From: an uncultured Acidimicrobiaceae bacterium
Lineage (GTDB): Bacteria > Actinomycetota > Acidimicrobiia > Acidimicrobiales > RAAP-2
Direction: 5' to 3'
Length of the DNA stretch: 64,000 nucleotides
Assembly: GCA_963777665.1 (NCBI GenBank)
Contig: CAVZRJ010000004.1
Span: 71,996 to 135,995 of the forward strand
Shown: piece after piece, positions 39,619 to 49,872 of the stretch
Position numbering within the stretch: the first letter of the stretch is position 1
Layout of the letters: every line of letters begins with the position of its first letter
Made by a program: the position numbers and the translations under genes
The notes under the pieces: generated by a model
Told to the model about the DNA's origin: nothing
The model's input: only the letters and a program-made list of their open reading frames with translations
The model's database searches: none

Positions 39619-41039
39619 GAGAAATAGTCAAGACCTGTGGATGGAAATCTGATCGACTACGCGGCGACCTCCTCGTCCAGCTCGTCTGATCGCTCGATCA
39701 TCACCCCCTTTTCGAACTTCGCACCGGCCCGAACCAGCGCGACGAGGTGCGGTGCGTTGACCGCCCGCCACCGGGTCTGGGCCGACTCGATCAACTTGTA
39801 GGCCATGGCGAGTCCTGCAGCTCGTGAGCCCGGTCCCTTGGTCACCTTGGTCCGCAGTCGCACGGTGGCGAACGTGGACTCGATGGGGTTGGTGGTCTTC
39901 AAGTGGATCCAGTGCTCGGCCGGGAAGGCGTAGAACGCCAGCAGCTCCTCGCGGTCCTTTTCGACTTTCTCGGTTGCCTTTGGCCACTTGGCCTCGTAGT
40001 CCTTCACGAACTGATCGAGGGCCTGCTCGGCGTGCTCTTTGTCCTCGGCGTCACGAACCTCTTTGAGTGCGGCCCGGGCGGCGGGCTGGGCCGACTTGGG
40101 CAGGGCGTTCATGACGTTGGCCATCTTGTGCACCCAGCACCGCTGGTGGACGGTCTCGGGGAAGACCTCAGAGAGGGCCCCCCAGAATCCCAGCGCTCCG
40201 TCGCCGACGGCCAGCACCGGGGCGGTCATGCCCCGCCGCTTCAATCCCCGCAGCACGTCCGCCCACGACTCGGTCGACTCCCGATGACCGTCACTGATCG
40301 AGATCAGCTCCTTGGTCCCGTCGGTGCGCACACCCACGATGACCAGGGCACACAGGCGTGCCTCTTCCAGTCGGACGTTGAAGTGGATGCCGTCGGCGTA
40401 CACGTAGACGTAGTCGACGTCCTTGAGGGACCGGTGGGCGAACTGGTCCTGGTCCTTCTGCCACTCGGTGGTGAGCCGGGTGATCACCGAGGCCGACAGC
40501 CCGGCGGCCGCGCCAAAGAACTCCTCGAGAGCCGGGACGAAGTCCCCCGAGCTCATCCCGTGGAGGTACAGCAGCGGCAGCACCTCGGCCACCTTCGGGG
40601 ACTTCCTCGCCCACGGGGGCAGGATCGAGGACCGGAACCGCATCCTCTCCCCGGTCACCTCGTCGACCCGGCGGTCGTCCACCCGTGGGGCCCGGACCTC
40701 GACCGGGCCCGCTCCGGTGACCAGCGACCGGGCATTCGCATGCCCGTTGCGGACCACCAGACGGTGGCCCTGTTCGTCCCGCTCGTCGGCCAGGCCGGTC
40801 AGGTAGGCGTCGACCTCGGCCTCGAGGGCAGCGGCCAGCATCCGCCGGGCCCCTTCGGCGATCAGTTCGTCCAGGGTGCCCTGCATCTCCGCGCCCGCGG
40901 CCTCATCAACATGTACTCTCAACATTGGCGTTCCTTCCTCGCCGGCGTTCCACTGCCAGCGTTTCTCTGATGTGTTCAAAGAGGAAGGTACGTCGCGCCC
41001 TCGGTCAGGTGGTGCATCCACAAGTTCTGGTTATAACTC
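39619..41039 (-). mobile_element. IS256-family insertion sequence, copy A (intact)
   Basis: Imperfect ~22-bp terminal IRs (GAGAAATAGTCAAGACCTGTGG / GAGTTATAACCAGAACTTGTGG). Perfect 9-bp TSD TGATGCTTC at 39610-39618 and 41040-41048. Confidence 0.9.
39657..40925 (-). CDS. IS256-family transposase
   Basis: MLRVHVDEAAG...LYLHGMSSGDF...YVYVYADGIHFNVRLEE...LAVGDGALGFWGAL...QRCWVHKMANV...NPIESTFATVRLR (MULE/IS256 DDE pattern). ATG 40925 follows GAGGAAGGAA. Confidence 0.9.
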   Translation of the reverse strand: MLRVHVDEAAGAEMQGTLDELIAEGARRMLAAALEAEVDAYLTGLADERDEQGHRLVVRNGHANARSLVTGAGPVEVRAPRVDDRRVDEVTGERMRFRSSILPPWARKSPKVAEVLPLLYLHGMSSGDFVPALEEFFGAAAGLSASVITRLTTEWQKDQDQFAHRSLKDVDYVYVYADGIHFNVRLEEARLCALVIVGVRTDGTKELISISDGHRESTESWADVLRGLKRRGMTAPVLAVGDGALGFWGALSEVFPETVHQRCWVHKMANVMNALPKSAQPAARAALKEVRDAEDKEHAEQALDQFVKDYEAKWPKATEKVEKDREELLAFYAFPAEHWIHLKTTNPIESTFATVRLRTKVTKGPGSRAAGLAMAYKLIESAQTRWRAVNAPHLVALVRAGAKFEKGVMIERSDELDEEVAA

Positions 41040-42585
41040 TGATGCTTCCAAGTCTGGGATCAAGACTCCGACGCTCATGAAGGCGAAGAGGAGGATGAGT
41101 ATCCAGCACTACCTGGCTGGAAACATCAGTATCGACGACGAATCGTTCCCATCGAGTGCGTGGTCCCTACTCATCCAACACACCATCAACGTAGGTTCGA
41201 CCACGTACCGACTCGCTCCGGCGAAACTGAAGATTCTCAGAGGTCCGCTAAAGACCACCAAGCCTCCTGGCCAAGCAACACCCACCGCAAAGGCGCCGAA
41301 GCCATCACTCGACTCCGCCGTTGGTGGCAACGAGGTCTACCGAGGGAAGATCCGCACGCAGATCGAGATCCTTGCCCACCGTGTAGCGAGCAGACCGTGG
41401 CCCAAGGGGGCGAGGGAAGCCCGAATCATGGCCACGATACTCAGGCGATGCGGGAAGCAGAACACACTGACGACTGCGTTCACCGTATGGAGTCTGGCCG
41501 ATGAGTCTGGTTTTGCTGGTTGGGAGCCGGGCAGGAATGCGCTCCGAGTTCTTCAGGCTAATGGATGGATCACCCTCAAGCCCGGAGAGCCAGACATCTA
41601 TGTCAAAGGTCAGTTCGAACCGACCGAGAGGGGCAAGCCGACCATCGTCACCCTCATCCCGAAGAAGAAGGGACCCCAGTACCCGGTCGAGAAACTACCC
41701 AACGGGGCACGAGACGAGTTCGCAGGCGCCCCTGGTAACTCCCGCTACCTCTTCGTCATGCGGCTGCTCTTCGAGGAGAAGACCGAGGGACTGACCCGAC
41801 CTGAGATCGAGAAGCTGACCGGCCTGAGTCGGGAGACAGTCCAGCGGCTCGTGAAGACCGAAGCGCTCGTCTACAAGACCTCGAAAGGCACATGGACCGT
41901 CATCGCACCCGAGCTTCTCACCAGGGAGGGTGGGGACTCGAAGATGCAAGCTCGAAGAGCGAAATGGAAGCCACGGAAGAGGCAGGGGACCAAGAAGAGA
42001 ATGCCTCCGGCAACCGACCAGGACCGAGCCAAACTCGAAGCACTCAGACGCCGGATGACGAAATGACGGAGCCTCAAGGGGGGTCAGTTCCTCACCTCTA
42101 CAAGAAGCTAGTAGTTGTTGTTCACGTTGTTCCGGTAGCTATCTACATGCAGCTAACGCTGCAAAAGCAGAAGCCCAGTGCGGGGGAAGAAGACACTCAA
42201 CTTCGCTTCGCTCGAAGGCAGTCGCTCGCTCCGCTCGCTCCTTCTTCGCTAGCTCAGCCTCGGTCTTCTACCCCCCATCACCCTCCCTTCGGTCGGGAGC
42301 TAACGACACGACCGTTCACTTTGACCTGCGTCTGAGGACGTGGTGGTCGACAGTGGTCATCCTTTGCCCACTGTGGCCATGAATGGGTCTTGCAGCGTAG
42401 CTGCTGGTTTTACTCTCTCTAGCTGTCAAGTAAGGGGTTCAAGCCGACATGGCTGTCTCTTCCTCCCCTACGGCGCAGCCGTACTGTCTCTAACGACCAT
42501 AAGGGAATGAGATAGGAGGAGGAGAGGAAAGGCATGCTCGCGACACAGTAGACGCCGCCGAAGCTCCTCTTCACGCCATGGACTG

Positions 42586-44010
42586 GAGAAATAGTCAAGA
42601 CCTGTGGATGAGAATCTGACCGACTACGCGGCGACCTCCTCGTTCTGCTCGTCTGTTCGCTCGACCATCACCCCCTTCTCGAACTTCACACCGGCCCGAA
42701 CCAGCGCGACGAGGTGCGGTGCGTTGACCGCCCGCCACCGGGTCTGGGCCGACTCGATCAGCTTGTAGGCCATGGCGAGTCCGGCCGCCCGTGAGCCCGG
42801 TCCCTTGGTCACCTTGGTCCGCAGTCGCACGGTGGCGAAGGTGGACTCGATGGGGTTGGTGGTCTTCAGGTGGATCCAGTGCTCGGCCGGGAAGGCGTAG
42901 AAGGCCAGCAGCTCCTCGCGGTCCTTTTCCATTTTCTCGGTGGCCTTGGGCCACTTGGCCTCGTAGTCCTTGATGAAGCCGTCGAGGGCCTTCTCGGCGT
43001 GCTCCCGGTCCTCGGCGTCACGGACCTCGTCAGAGTGCGGCCCGGGCGGCGGGCTGGGCCGACTTGGGCAGGGCGTTCATGACGTTGGCCATCTTGTGCA
43101 CCCAGCACCGCTGGTGGGCGCGTCTCGGGGAAGACCTCGGAGAGGGCTCCCCAGAAGCCGAGGGCCCCGTCGCCGACGGCCAGCACCGGGGCGGTCATGC
43201 CCCGCCGCTTCAGATCCCCGCAGCACGTCGGCCCACGACTCGGTGGACTCCCGATGGCCGTCGCTGATCGAGACCAGCTCCTTGGTCCCGTCGGTGCGCA
43301 CACCCACGATGACCAGGGCACACAGGCGTGCCTCTTCCAGTCGGACGTTGAAGTGGATGCCGTCGGCGTACACGTAGACGTAGTCGACGTCCTTGAGGGA
43401 CCGGTGGGCGAACTGGTCCTGTTCCTCTGCCACTCGGTGGTGAGCCGGGTGATCACCGAGGCCGACAGCCCGGCGGCCGAGCCGAAGAACTCCTCCAGAG
43501 CCGGGACGAAGTCCCCCGAGCTCATCCCGTGCAGGTACATCAGCGGCAGCACCTCGGCCACCTTCGGGGACTTCCTGGCCCACGGGGGCAGGATCGAGGA
43601 CCGGAACCGCATCCTCTCCCCGGTCACCTCGTCGACCCGGCGGTCGTCCACCCGTGGGGCCCGGACCTCGACCGGGCCCGCTCCGGTGACCAGCGACCGG
43701 GCACACGGCATGCCCGTTGCGGACCACCAGACGGTGGCCCTGTTCGTCCCGCTCGTCGGTGAAGGCCGGTCAGGTAGGCGTCGACCTCGGCCTCGAGGGC
43801 AGCGGCCAGCATCCGCCTGGCCCCTTCGGCGACCAGTTCGTCCAGCGTGGTCGCCAGCTCCGCGTCCGCGGCCTCCTCAACATGTACTCTCAACATTGGC
43901 GTTCCTTCCTCGCCGGCGTTCCACCGCCAGCGTTTCTCTGATTTGTTCAAAGAGGAAGGTACGTCGCGCCCTCGGTCAGGTGGTGCATCCACAAGTTCTG
44001 GTTATAACTC
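42586..44010 (-). mobile_element. IS256-family insertion sequence, copy B (degenerate transposase)
   Basis: Same termini as copy A. Perfect 9-bp TSD CATGGACTG at 42577-42585 and 44011-44019. Confidence 0.9.
42624..43896 (-). pseudogene. IS256-family transposase, several frame disruptions
   Basis: Homologous segments are scattered over track ORFs 43624..43992, 42866..43711, 43077..43727 and 42624..42932. At least four frame changes relative to copy A. Confidence 0.8.
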
Positions 44011-44129
44011 CATGGACTGGACCTGGCAAGGCACCGGTCGACTCCGCTGGTATCAGGTGCCAGAAGACGAGAAGGTCAACGCATGAAGACCGCCGAAGTC
44101 GCTCGCACTCAGACGGCCTCGATGAGAAC

Positions 44130-44967
44130 ATGAGCCAGATGCCCGACGTCGATCGAGAACTGGCAGCACTGGGTCTTGTACTCGGTCTGGTCGGAGGCAC
44201 GTACAAGCAGACTGACTATCGAGGTGGTCCGAGCGGAAAGCATGACTTCGAGATCGACACAGATGATCGCACTCATCGCCCTAGAGGTAACCAGCACGAC
44301 GGTCGGGGAAGTACATGCGCTGTGGGACGCAGTGGGTAGGCAGTCGTGGGAGTGCGCCAAGTGCTCCTGGGGATGGGCCATCTTTGTTGAAGCTGCGGGT
44401 CCTGGCGACAAGGGTGCGCCTATAGGTGAGATCAGCAGATGGATCGAAGACCACCTCGTTGTGTTGGAGCAAGCTGATATCAACTACTTCGGCCTACCGC
44501 ACCCGTTGCCCACTGATCTTGCCGCTGCAAACGCCGTCACAGCATTGGCCAAGCTTCGAGTTCGAGCGGGCAGCTCGGTGGGACCACCACCGCACCAAGA
44601 CATTGCGCCACAGATCCTCGTGGGGACTTCGGGACCCGGTGGCATCGCTGATCCCAAGCACATCAATACTGCTGCGGAGAAGGCGATTGACGACAACATC
44701 GAGAAACTCAGAAGTGCTCCCGTGGACGAGCGCCACCTGTTCCTGTGGGTCGACTCGACAGACTCGGATTGCTTCGCCCCACTCTCGTTCGGGACGCTTC
44801 CGACGACCCCGCCCACGATGGCGGAGAGCCTCGACAAGGTATGGGTTGCTGCCGACCTTCGTGGCCCAACGGTGCCGACATCCGTCCTCTGGTCGGTGAC
44901 GCCCACTGGTCCATGGGTGTCCGAGACCATCCGCTACAAGGAGATATCCCCGGATCTCGGTTTGTGA
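44130..44967 (+). CDS. hypothetical protein, possibly restriction-endonuclease-like fold; frame change near 44262
   Basis: MSQMPDVDRELAALG...GKHDFEIDTDD (frame of ORF 43197..44339) continues as IALIALEVTSTTVGE... (ORF 44176..44967). The D...E-V-T arrangement only partly fits PD-(D/E)xK because there is no Lys. Confidence 0.45.
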
Positions 44968-45077
44968 CTCGGCTGGGGGTGAGGTCGTATCTGGGGCAGC
45001 GATTATCCTCATGTTCCCACGAGGAGGTGTTCTGATGGCAGAGAACATGCGAGACGACGAGGAGTCCTTTTAGCTCG

Positions 45078-45268
45078 ATGAGCAAGCGTCGGCGTGGGTA
45101 TCCCAGCGAAACAAGAGTCAAGCGGGGAGACCGGGTGGTCCACGGCGACAAGGAGTTCGTTCGAGAAGCTCGGTCGCAACGACCTCTGTCCATGCGGATC
45201 TGGACGCCGCTTTCAAGTGCTGCCTGAAGAGCGGGCGCTTCGATGGGTCCCCCAGGAACTACTACTGA
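45078..45268 (+). CDS. small SEC-C-motif (CPCGSG...CC) protein, needs two frame corrections
   Basis: [28 protein letters not shown] | [17 protein letters not shown] | [17 protein letters not shown] is read across three frames. The second shift is at a TTT run (45211-45213). Confidence 0.45.
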
Positions 45269-45300
45269 CGAGACTGATCGCTACCATCCCATCGTGCGGC

Positions 45301-45474
45301 TTAGCTCGCCTGCTTGCCCGGCTTGCGAGTCTGGATGCGCTTGCAGAGTTTGCAGTCCCGGCGTTCTGTGCTGTCGAGAATCCCGGCACGTGCCCACGGG
45401 GTCCACTGATGTCGACAGGCGGTTCGCTTGATCCGCTTGCTGACCATCGGTGTGCCGGTGCTTCCACGCCTCAT
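45301..45474 (-). CDS. small Cys/His-containing basic protein (57 aa)
   Basis: MRRGSTGTPMVSKRIKRTACRHQWTPWARAGILDSTERRDCKLCKRIQTRKPGKQAS. ATG is preceded by GGGAGG (8-nt spacer). Confidence 0.45.
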   Translation of the reverse strand: MRRGSTGTPMVSKRIKRTACRHQWTPWARAGILDSTERRDCKLCKRIQTRKPGKQAS

Positions 45475-45634
45475 TCTCAGTACCTCCCACATCTCCGACA
45501 GCCTCAATGCTCCTATTGGTTGACTGTGGCAGGCAAGGATCTGAGTACCTCGGTAGGACCATCGCCAGAGGCCCGATCTAGGGCCTCTGAAGGTTCGGGG
45601 GCTACCAACCAGTGGGCGGTCCTATTGAGGGCCT

Positions 45635-45874
45635 CTAGAGCCCCCAGCGGATGCTCTGAGGGCAATCCAGATGGCTCCTAGCGTCGACCTGAAGGAGCGC
45701 AAGCTCACGCATCTCCATCGACGCAAGTTTGACTACCTCGGTACCACAGCCAACTTCGGGTGGAGGAGCTTCTTGCTGTATCTCGGTAGGGAATCGGAGC
45801 GCCTCGGTAAGGCCATCGCTGTAGGCCCGATTCAAGCTCTCATTGTTCTCGTACCCAGGTACGGCCTGATTCAT
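45635..45874 (-). CDS. hypothetical protein (79 aa)
   Basis: Track ORF. AGGAGG lies 3 nt upstream of the ATG. No family recognised. Confidence 0.3.
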   Translation of the reverse strand: MNQAVPGYENNESLNRAYSDGLTEALRFPTEIQQEAPPPEVGCGTEVVKLASMEMRELALLQVDARSHLDCPQSIRWGL

Positions 45875-45886
45875 TGTCCTCCTATC

Positions 45887-47484
45887 TACTTCCCCCTGAA
45901 AAAGTCGCAGTAGATACTCGCGATTTGGGCCCCGATCGATGATGATGGCCCCGAACCGTAGGACTAGTACGGATCGAGGCCATCATGTTGAGAACTGTAA
46001 ACGCGCAGCCCACCTTGTGGGAAGCGATCCTCCCCGAGATGTGCCTCGGGATGCCCTCCGAGCTGGAGGCGGTTGACCGTCTGCTGGACGATCCGGCCTT
46101 CTTCGAACCGTTCCGGGCCCACTTCCACGCCGCCCTCGGACGCCCGTCCGTGCCCATCGAGACGTACCTCCGGCTGATGTTCTTGAAGTACCGCTACCGC
46201 TTGGGGTTCGAGCCACTGTGTCGGGAGGTCGCTGACTCCATCTCGTGGCAACGGTTCTGTCGGATCCCGTTGGGCTTGGCCGTTCCCCACCCGACCACAT
46301 TGATGAAGATCACCACCCGGTGCGGGTCATCGGCGGTCGACGGACTGAACGAGGCGCTGTTGGCCAAGGCCCAGGCGGCCAAGGTGTTGAAGACCAACAA
46401 GGTCCGTGCCGACACCACGGTGGTCCCCGCCAACGTCGCCTATCCGACGGACTCGGGCCTGTTGGCCAAGGGGGTGGCCAAGATGGCCAAAGGCATCGAG
46501 AAGTTGAAGGGTGCGGGATTGGCTTCCAAGACCACCTCTCGGGACCGGACTCGGATGATGCGGGCTCGGGCCCGGTCCATCGGTGCCAACCTTCGACGGC
46601 GCACCGGGGAGGCAAAAGACGAGGTCCTGGCCATAAACGCCGAGATGGTCCGCATCGCCCAGACGGCGGTCGCCGAGGCTCGACAGGTGGCGGCCAACGC
46701 CCGCCGGGCACTGAAGCGACTGGGTAATGCCGCGCCGGGAAGGCTCTGCGCGATTGCCGGCGAGTTTGGAGCTCACTGCCGATCGGGTCGACCAGATCGC
46801 CGAGCAGACCGACAAGCGTCTCCGTGGCGAAGTCCCCGACGGAGCAACCAGGTTGGTGTCACTGCACGACCCCGACGCCCGTCCGATCCGCAAGGGTCGA
46901 CTCGGCAAGCCCGTCGAGTTCGGTTACAAGGCACAGGTCGTCGACAACGAGGACGGCGTCGTCATCGACCACAATGTCGAGGTTGGCAATCCACCGGATG
47001 CACCGATGCTCGCTCCGGCAGTCGAGCGCGTCACCCGCCGGGCCAAGCGAGTGCCCAAAGCGGTCACCGCTGACCGCGGCTATGGCGAGACAGCCGTCGG
47101 CGAACAGCTCAGTGCGCTCGGGGTGCGCACTGTTGTTTTGCCCACCAAAGGCAAACCGAGTGCGTCACGACGCGCCGTTGAAAATAGACCGCAGTTCCAG
47201 CGCCTGGTGAAGTGGAGAACGGGAAGTGAAGGCCGAATCAGCTGCCTCAAACGGGACTTCGGATGGAACCGGACACAGATCGACGGGATCGAAGGAGTCC
47301 GCACCTGGTGTGGTTACGGAGTCTTCAACCACAACCTGGTGAAGATCGGAGTGCTGACAACCTCCGAGTAGGGCGGATCGGACCCACAACCACCAGGATC
47401 GGAGTCAATATTTGCCCTCCGGCCGGACGCCGATGACAACCGATCTTGATCCGGGAGTCACTCCGAGTTTTTCAGGGCGAAGTA
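45887..47484 (+). mobile_element. IS5/IS1182-like insertion sequence (ends +/- ~6 bp)
   Basis: Terminal IRs TACTTCCCCCTGAAAAAGTCGCAGT / TACTTCGCCCTGAAAAACTCGGAGT (reverse complement of the right end). The TSD is ambiguous (CTA or TC). Confidence 0.7.
45985..47371 (+). CDS. IS5/IS1182-family DDE transposase, frame change near 46730-46760
   Basis: The N-terminal InsH-like region (PIETYLRLMFLKYRYRLGFEPLCREVADSISWQRFCRI) is in ORF 45985..47073. The DDE part (LVSLHDPDARPIRKG...GYKAQVV...VTADRGYG...SEGRISCLKRDFG) is in ORF 46727..47371. Confidence 0.8.
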
Positions 47485-48357
47485 TCTAGGTACAACCTCA
47501 GCCATGGCTGGGCGTTCTCCCAGGTGAAAGCTCTGCAACTGAAGCCTGAAGGGGCTTGCCGGTGCGGCAACTGCGGGAGGGCGTCCCGGATGACGTTGTA
47601 CTCAGGTACTCCGAGGTCCATCTTGGCGCCCGCTGCCGCACTATGCAGAGGCGTTCAGCACCGACCCCAGCGGCTGCTTCAGGTTCGTGTCCAGCGCCGT
47701 CCCAGGTGCTCAGGGAGCGCCTCACCACTGTCCGCTACCTGTCTCCCTGCGTGGGACGTTCGTCGACGCCCGAGGCGTGCGCCACCGGGTTTCATCGTGC
47801 ATGGATCATGGAGACGCTCTAGAGGATGACTGGGAGCGAGTCGAGCCGGTGGGGCATCGGTAGGGAGCGTCATTGGTGTTTGGGGGCAGGGTTGCCTCTT
47901 GATTTGCGTCAGAATGATCTCCTCCATGGCCGCAGCTCAGGAATGTCCCCCAATCAGCAAGCACGAGTGACTTGACCCCCATCGGATGACCTACCCTTCT
48001 ACTTCTGACTTCCGTGGTTCGCCGCAGAGGAAACTGTCGGTGTGCTGTCTCACAGCATCTCCTCTTGTTCGAACGTCTGCGATTCTGCGTCAGTTCTCGG
48101 GAGTCGCAGACGAGATCGTTTGCGCCGTCGATTCCCGTGTGCCCACGGCGGAACTCGGTGAACTCGCCCGGCGGCTCCGTTCCGGTCCGGGTCCGGGCCC
48201 TGTGCGGCGCTGGGCGAACGGCGGCTTTGGGGTCGCCGCCGGGGCCCGGTTCTCCCTCTTTCCCGTGTGATGTGGTGCGGGGAGAGAGGGGCGGCTAGGT
48301 ACTCGCTTACTGACTGGGAGCTTGACGACAAAGCCAAGTGAGACCGTGGCATAAGTG

Positions 48358-49872
48358 GGCTCCTCGCTAGATCGTGTGGGTAGGTCCCCCTGATCCCCCC
48401 TGACTGCTGGCACCCTGTGATCTGATCCCGGCACTGTGGTCGGGCTGGTCGATAGGGAGTCGAGCCTGATGAATGATCCGAGCCTGTTCGCGATGTTCGG
48501 GGCCGCTTTGGGGTTGGCACCACCGTGGCAGGTGACGTCGGTGGAGTTCGACGAAGTGATCGGGAAACTCGAGATCGGATTGGACTTCCCGCGTGGATCA
48601 CGGTTCGCCTGTTCCATCGAGGGCTGTCGGGAGTCAGCGTGTCCGGTGCACGACGCGGCAGAGAAGCGTTGGCGACATCTGGACTTCTTCGAGCACCAGG
48701 CGTTCCTCGTCGCCCGGGTGCCGAGAGTGGACTGCACCACCCACGGTGTCCACCTGGTTGCGGTTCCCTGGGCCCGGCCTGGTAGCGGGTTCACGCTCTT
48801 GATGGAGGTGGCGATGCTGACCTTCGCCAAGCAGATGCCGGTCGCCCCGCTGGCGGCGATGGCTCGCGAGCACGACACCCGCATCTGGCGGGTGATCGAG
48901 CACCACATCAACGTCACCCGGGCCGGCCTCGACTTCTCCGGCGTGACCAAGGTCGGCTGTGACGAGACCTCGGCCCGGCGCGGTCAGGACTACGTGTCGC
49001 TCTTCATGGACCTGGAGGCACGCAGGGTGATGTTCGCCACCCCTGGCCGGGACGCTGACACGGTCAAGGCCTTCGCCGAGGACCTGGCCGACCACGGAGG
49101 AGCACCAAAGACCCAGGTGGAACAGGTGTGCTGTGACATGAGCCCTGCCTTTATCAGTGGCATCGGCGAGTACCTGAGCCAGAAGCCGCCAGAGGAGGGA
49201 ACACAAGAGGAGGCAGGCACCGCAGTCGAGGCAGTCGAGCTGACCACCAGTGCCCCTGCGGTGGATGTCATGGCCGACCCAGCTGGTCAAGTGTCAGTCG
49301 AGGCGACAGAGGCGTCAGCAGAACTGCACAGCCCCCAGATCGTCTTCGACCGCTACCACGTGGTGGCCAAGGCCAACGAGGCGGTCGACGAAGTGCGGCG
49401 TGCCGAGTCGAAGATCCGTCCCGAGCTCAAGCGATCCCGCTACGTCTGGCTGAAGAACGAAGCCAACCTCACCTCCAAGCAACGCGAGAAGCTCACGTGG
49501 CTCACACGCCCCTCGATGCAGCTCAAGACCGCACGGGCGGCCCGTTGGCGCGACGACTTCAACGAGTTCTACAACAAGGCGAGTGCCGAAGAGGCCGAGA
49601 CGTACCTGAGGCGCTGGTGCTACGGGGCCAAACGCTCACGGCTGGAGCCGGTCAAGGAGTTCGTCGCCACGGTCGAGGCCCACTGGGACGGCATCATCGC
49701 CTGGCAGCAGTGCCGGCTCAGCAACGGGCTGTTGGAGGGAACGAACTCGCTCGTCCAGGCGGCCAAACGCAGGGCTCGTGGCTACCGCTCCAAGGCCAAG
49801 ATGATCACCATCATCTACCTCATCGCCGGGAAACTGCCCCTGCCCCAAATCCACACGATCTAGCGAGGAGCC
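48358..49872 (+). mobile_element. ISL3-family insertion sequence (intact)
   Basis: 22-bp perfect terminal IRs GGCTCCTCGCTAGATCGTGTGG. Perfect 8-bp TSD CATAAGTG at 48350-48357 and 49873-49880. Confidence 0.9.
48469..49863 (+). CDS. ISL3-family transposase
   Basis: LGLAPPWQVTSVEFD...RFACSIEGCRESACPVHD...RHLDFFEH...VGCDETSARRGQDYVSLFMD...FDRYHVV...LLEGTNSLVQAAKRRARGYRS. ATG 48469 follows AGGGAG. Confidence 0.9.
   Translation: MNDPSLFAMFGAALGLAPPWQVTSVEFDEVIGKLEIGLDFPRGSRFACSIEGCRESACPVHDAAEKRWRHLDFFEHQAFLVARVPRVDCTTHGVHLVAVPWARPGSGFTLLMEVAMLTFAKQMPVAPLAAMAREHDTRIWRVIEHHINVTRAGLDFSGVTKVGCDETSARRGQDYVSLFMDLEARRVMFATPGRDADTVKAFAEDLADHGGAPKTQVEQVCCDMSPAFISGIGEYLSQKPPEEGTQEEAGTAVEAVELTTSAPAVDVMADPAGQVSVEATEASAELHSPQIVFDRYHVVAKANEAVDEVRRAESKIRPELKRSRYVWLKNEANLTSKQREKLTWLTRPSMQLKTARAARWRDDFNEFYNKASAEEAETYLRRWCYGAKRSRLEPVKEFVATVEAHWDGIIAWQQCRLSNGLLEGTNSLVQAAKRRARGYRSKAKMITIIYLIAGKLPLPQIHTI

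Larger units (their letters stand above)
39464..42066 (+). pseudogene. replication-initiator-like / winged-HTH protein gene split by IS256 copy A
   Basis: The 5' part (...EEAARWLWEYLKDKPDCAADSWTIKLDAS, ends 39618) and the 3' part (41049..42066, KSGIKTPTLMKAKRRMSI...LTRPEIEKLTGLSRETVQRLVKTEAL...) join in frame when the IS plus one TSD copy is removed. The 5' start is uncertain (39374, 39401 or 39464). Confidence 0.6.

Noticed and set aside
39101-39631. 176-aa and 137-aa minus-strand ORFs between the lipoprotein fragment and IS256-A.
   Set aside because: They have no SD, an implausible composition, and they overlap the hairpin and the plus-strand 5' part of the IS-split gene.
45540-45812. Cluster of four CTCGGTA heptamers suggesting operator sites.
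   Set aside because: Three of the four fall in the same frame of the minus-strand ORF 45635..45874 as Thr-Glu codons (ACC GAG), so coding bias can explain them. Only the longer 14-mer shared with the 39.1-kb hairpin is reported.
46727-46760. Possible programmed ribosomal frameshift between the two halves of the IS5-like transposase.
   Set aside because: IS5/IS1182-type transposases are normally single ORFs, no slippery heptamer or structure was evident, and similar frame breaks occur in unrelated genes throughout the window.
47986-48270. 94-aa ORF with a glycosyltransferase-like N-terminus as a functional gene.
   Set aside because: Only about 40 residues look GT-like before the sequence degenerates into Gly/Pro/Arg-rich text. 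It is flanked by two IS elements and is treated as a fragment inside the IS-nest finding.
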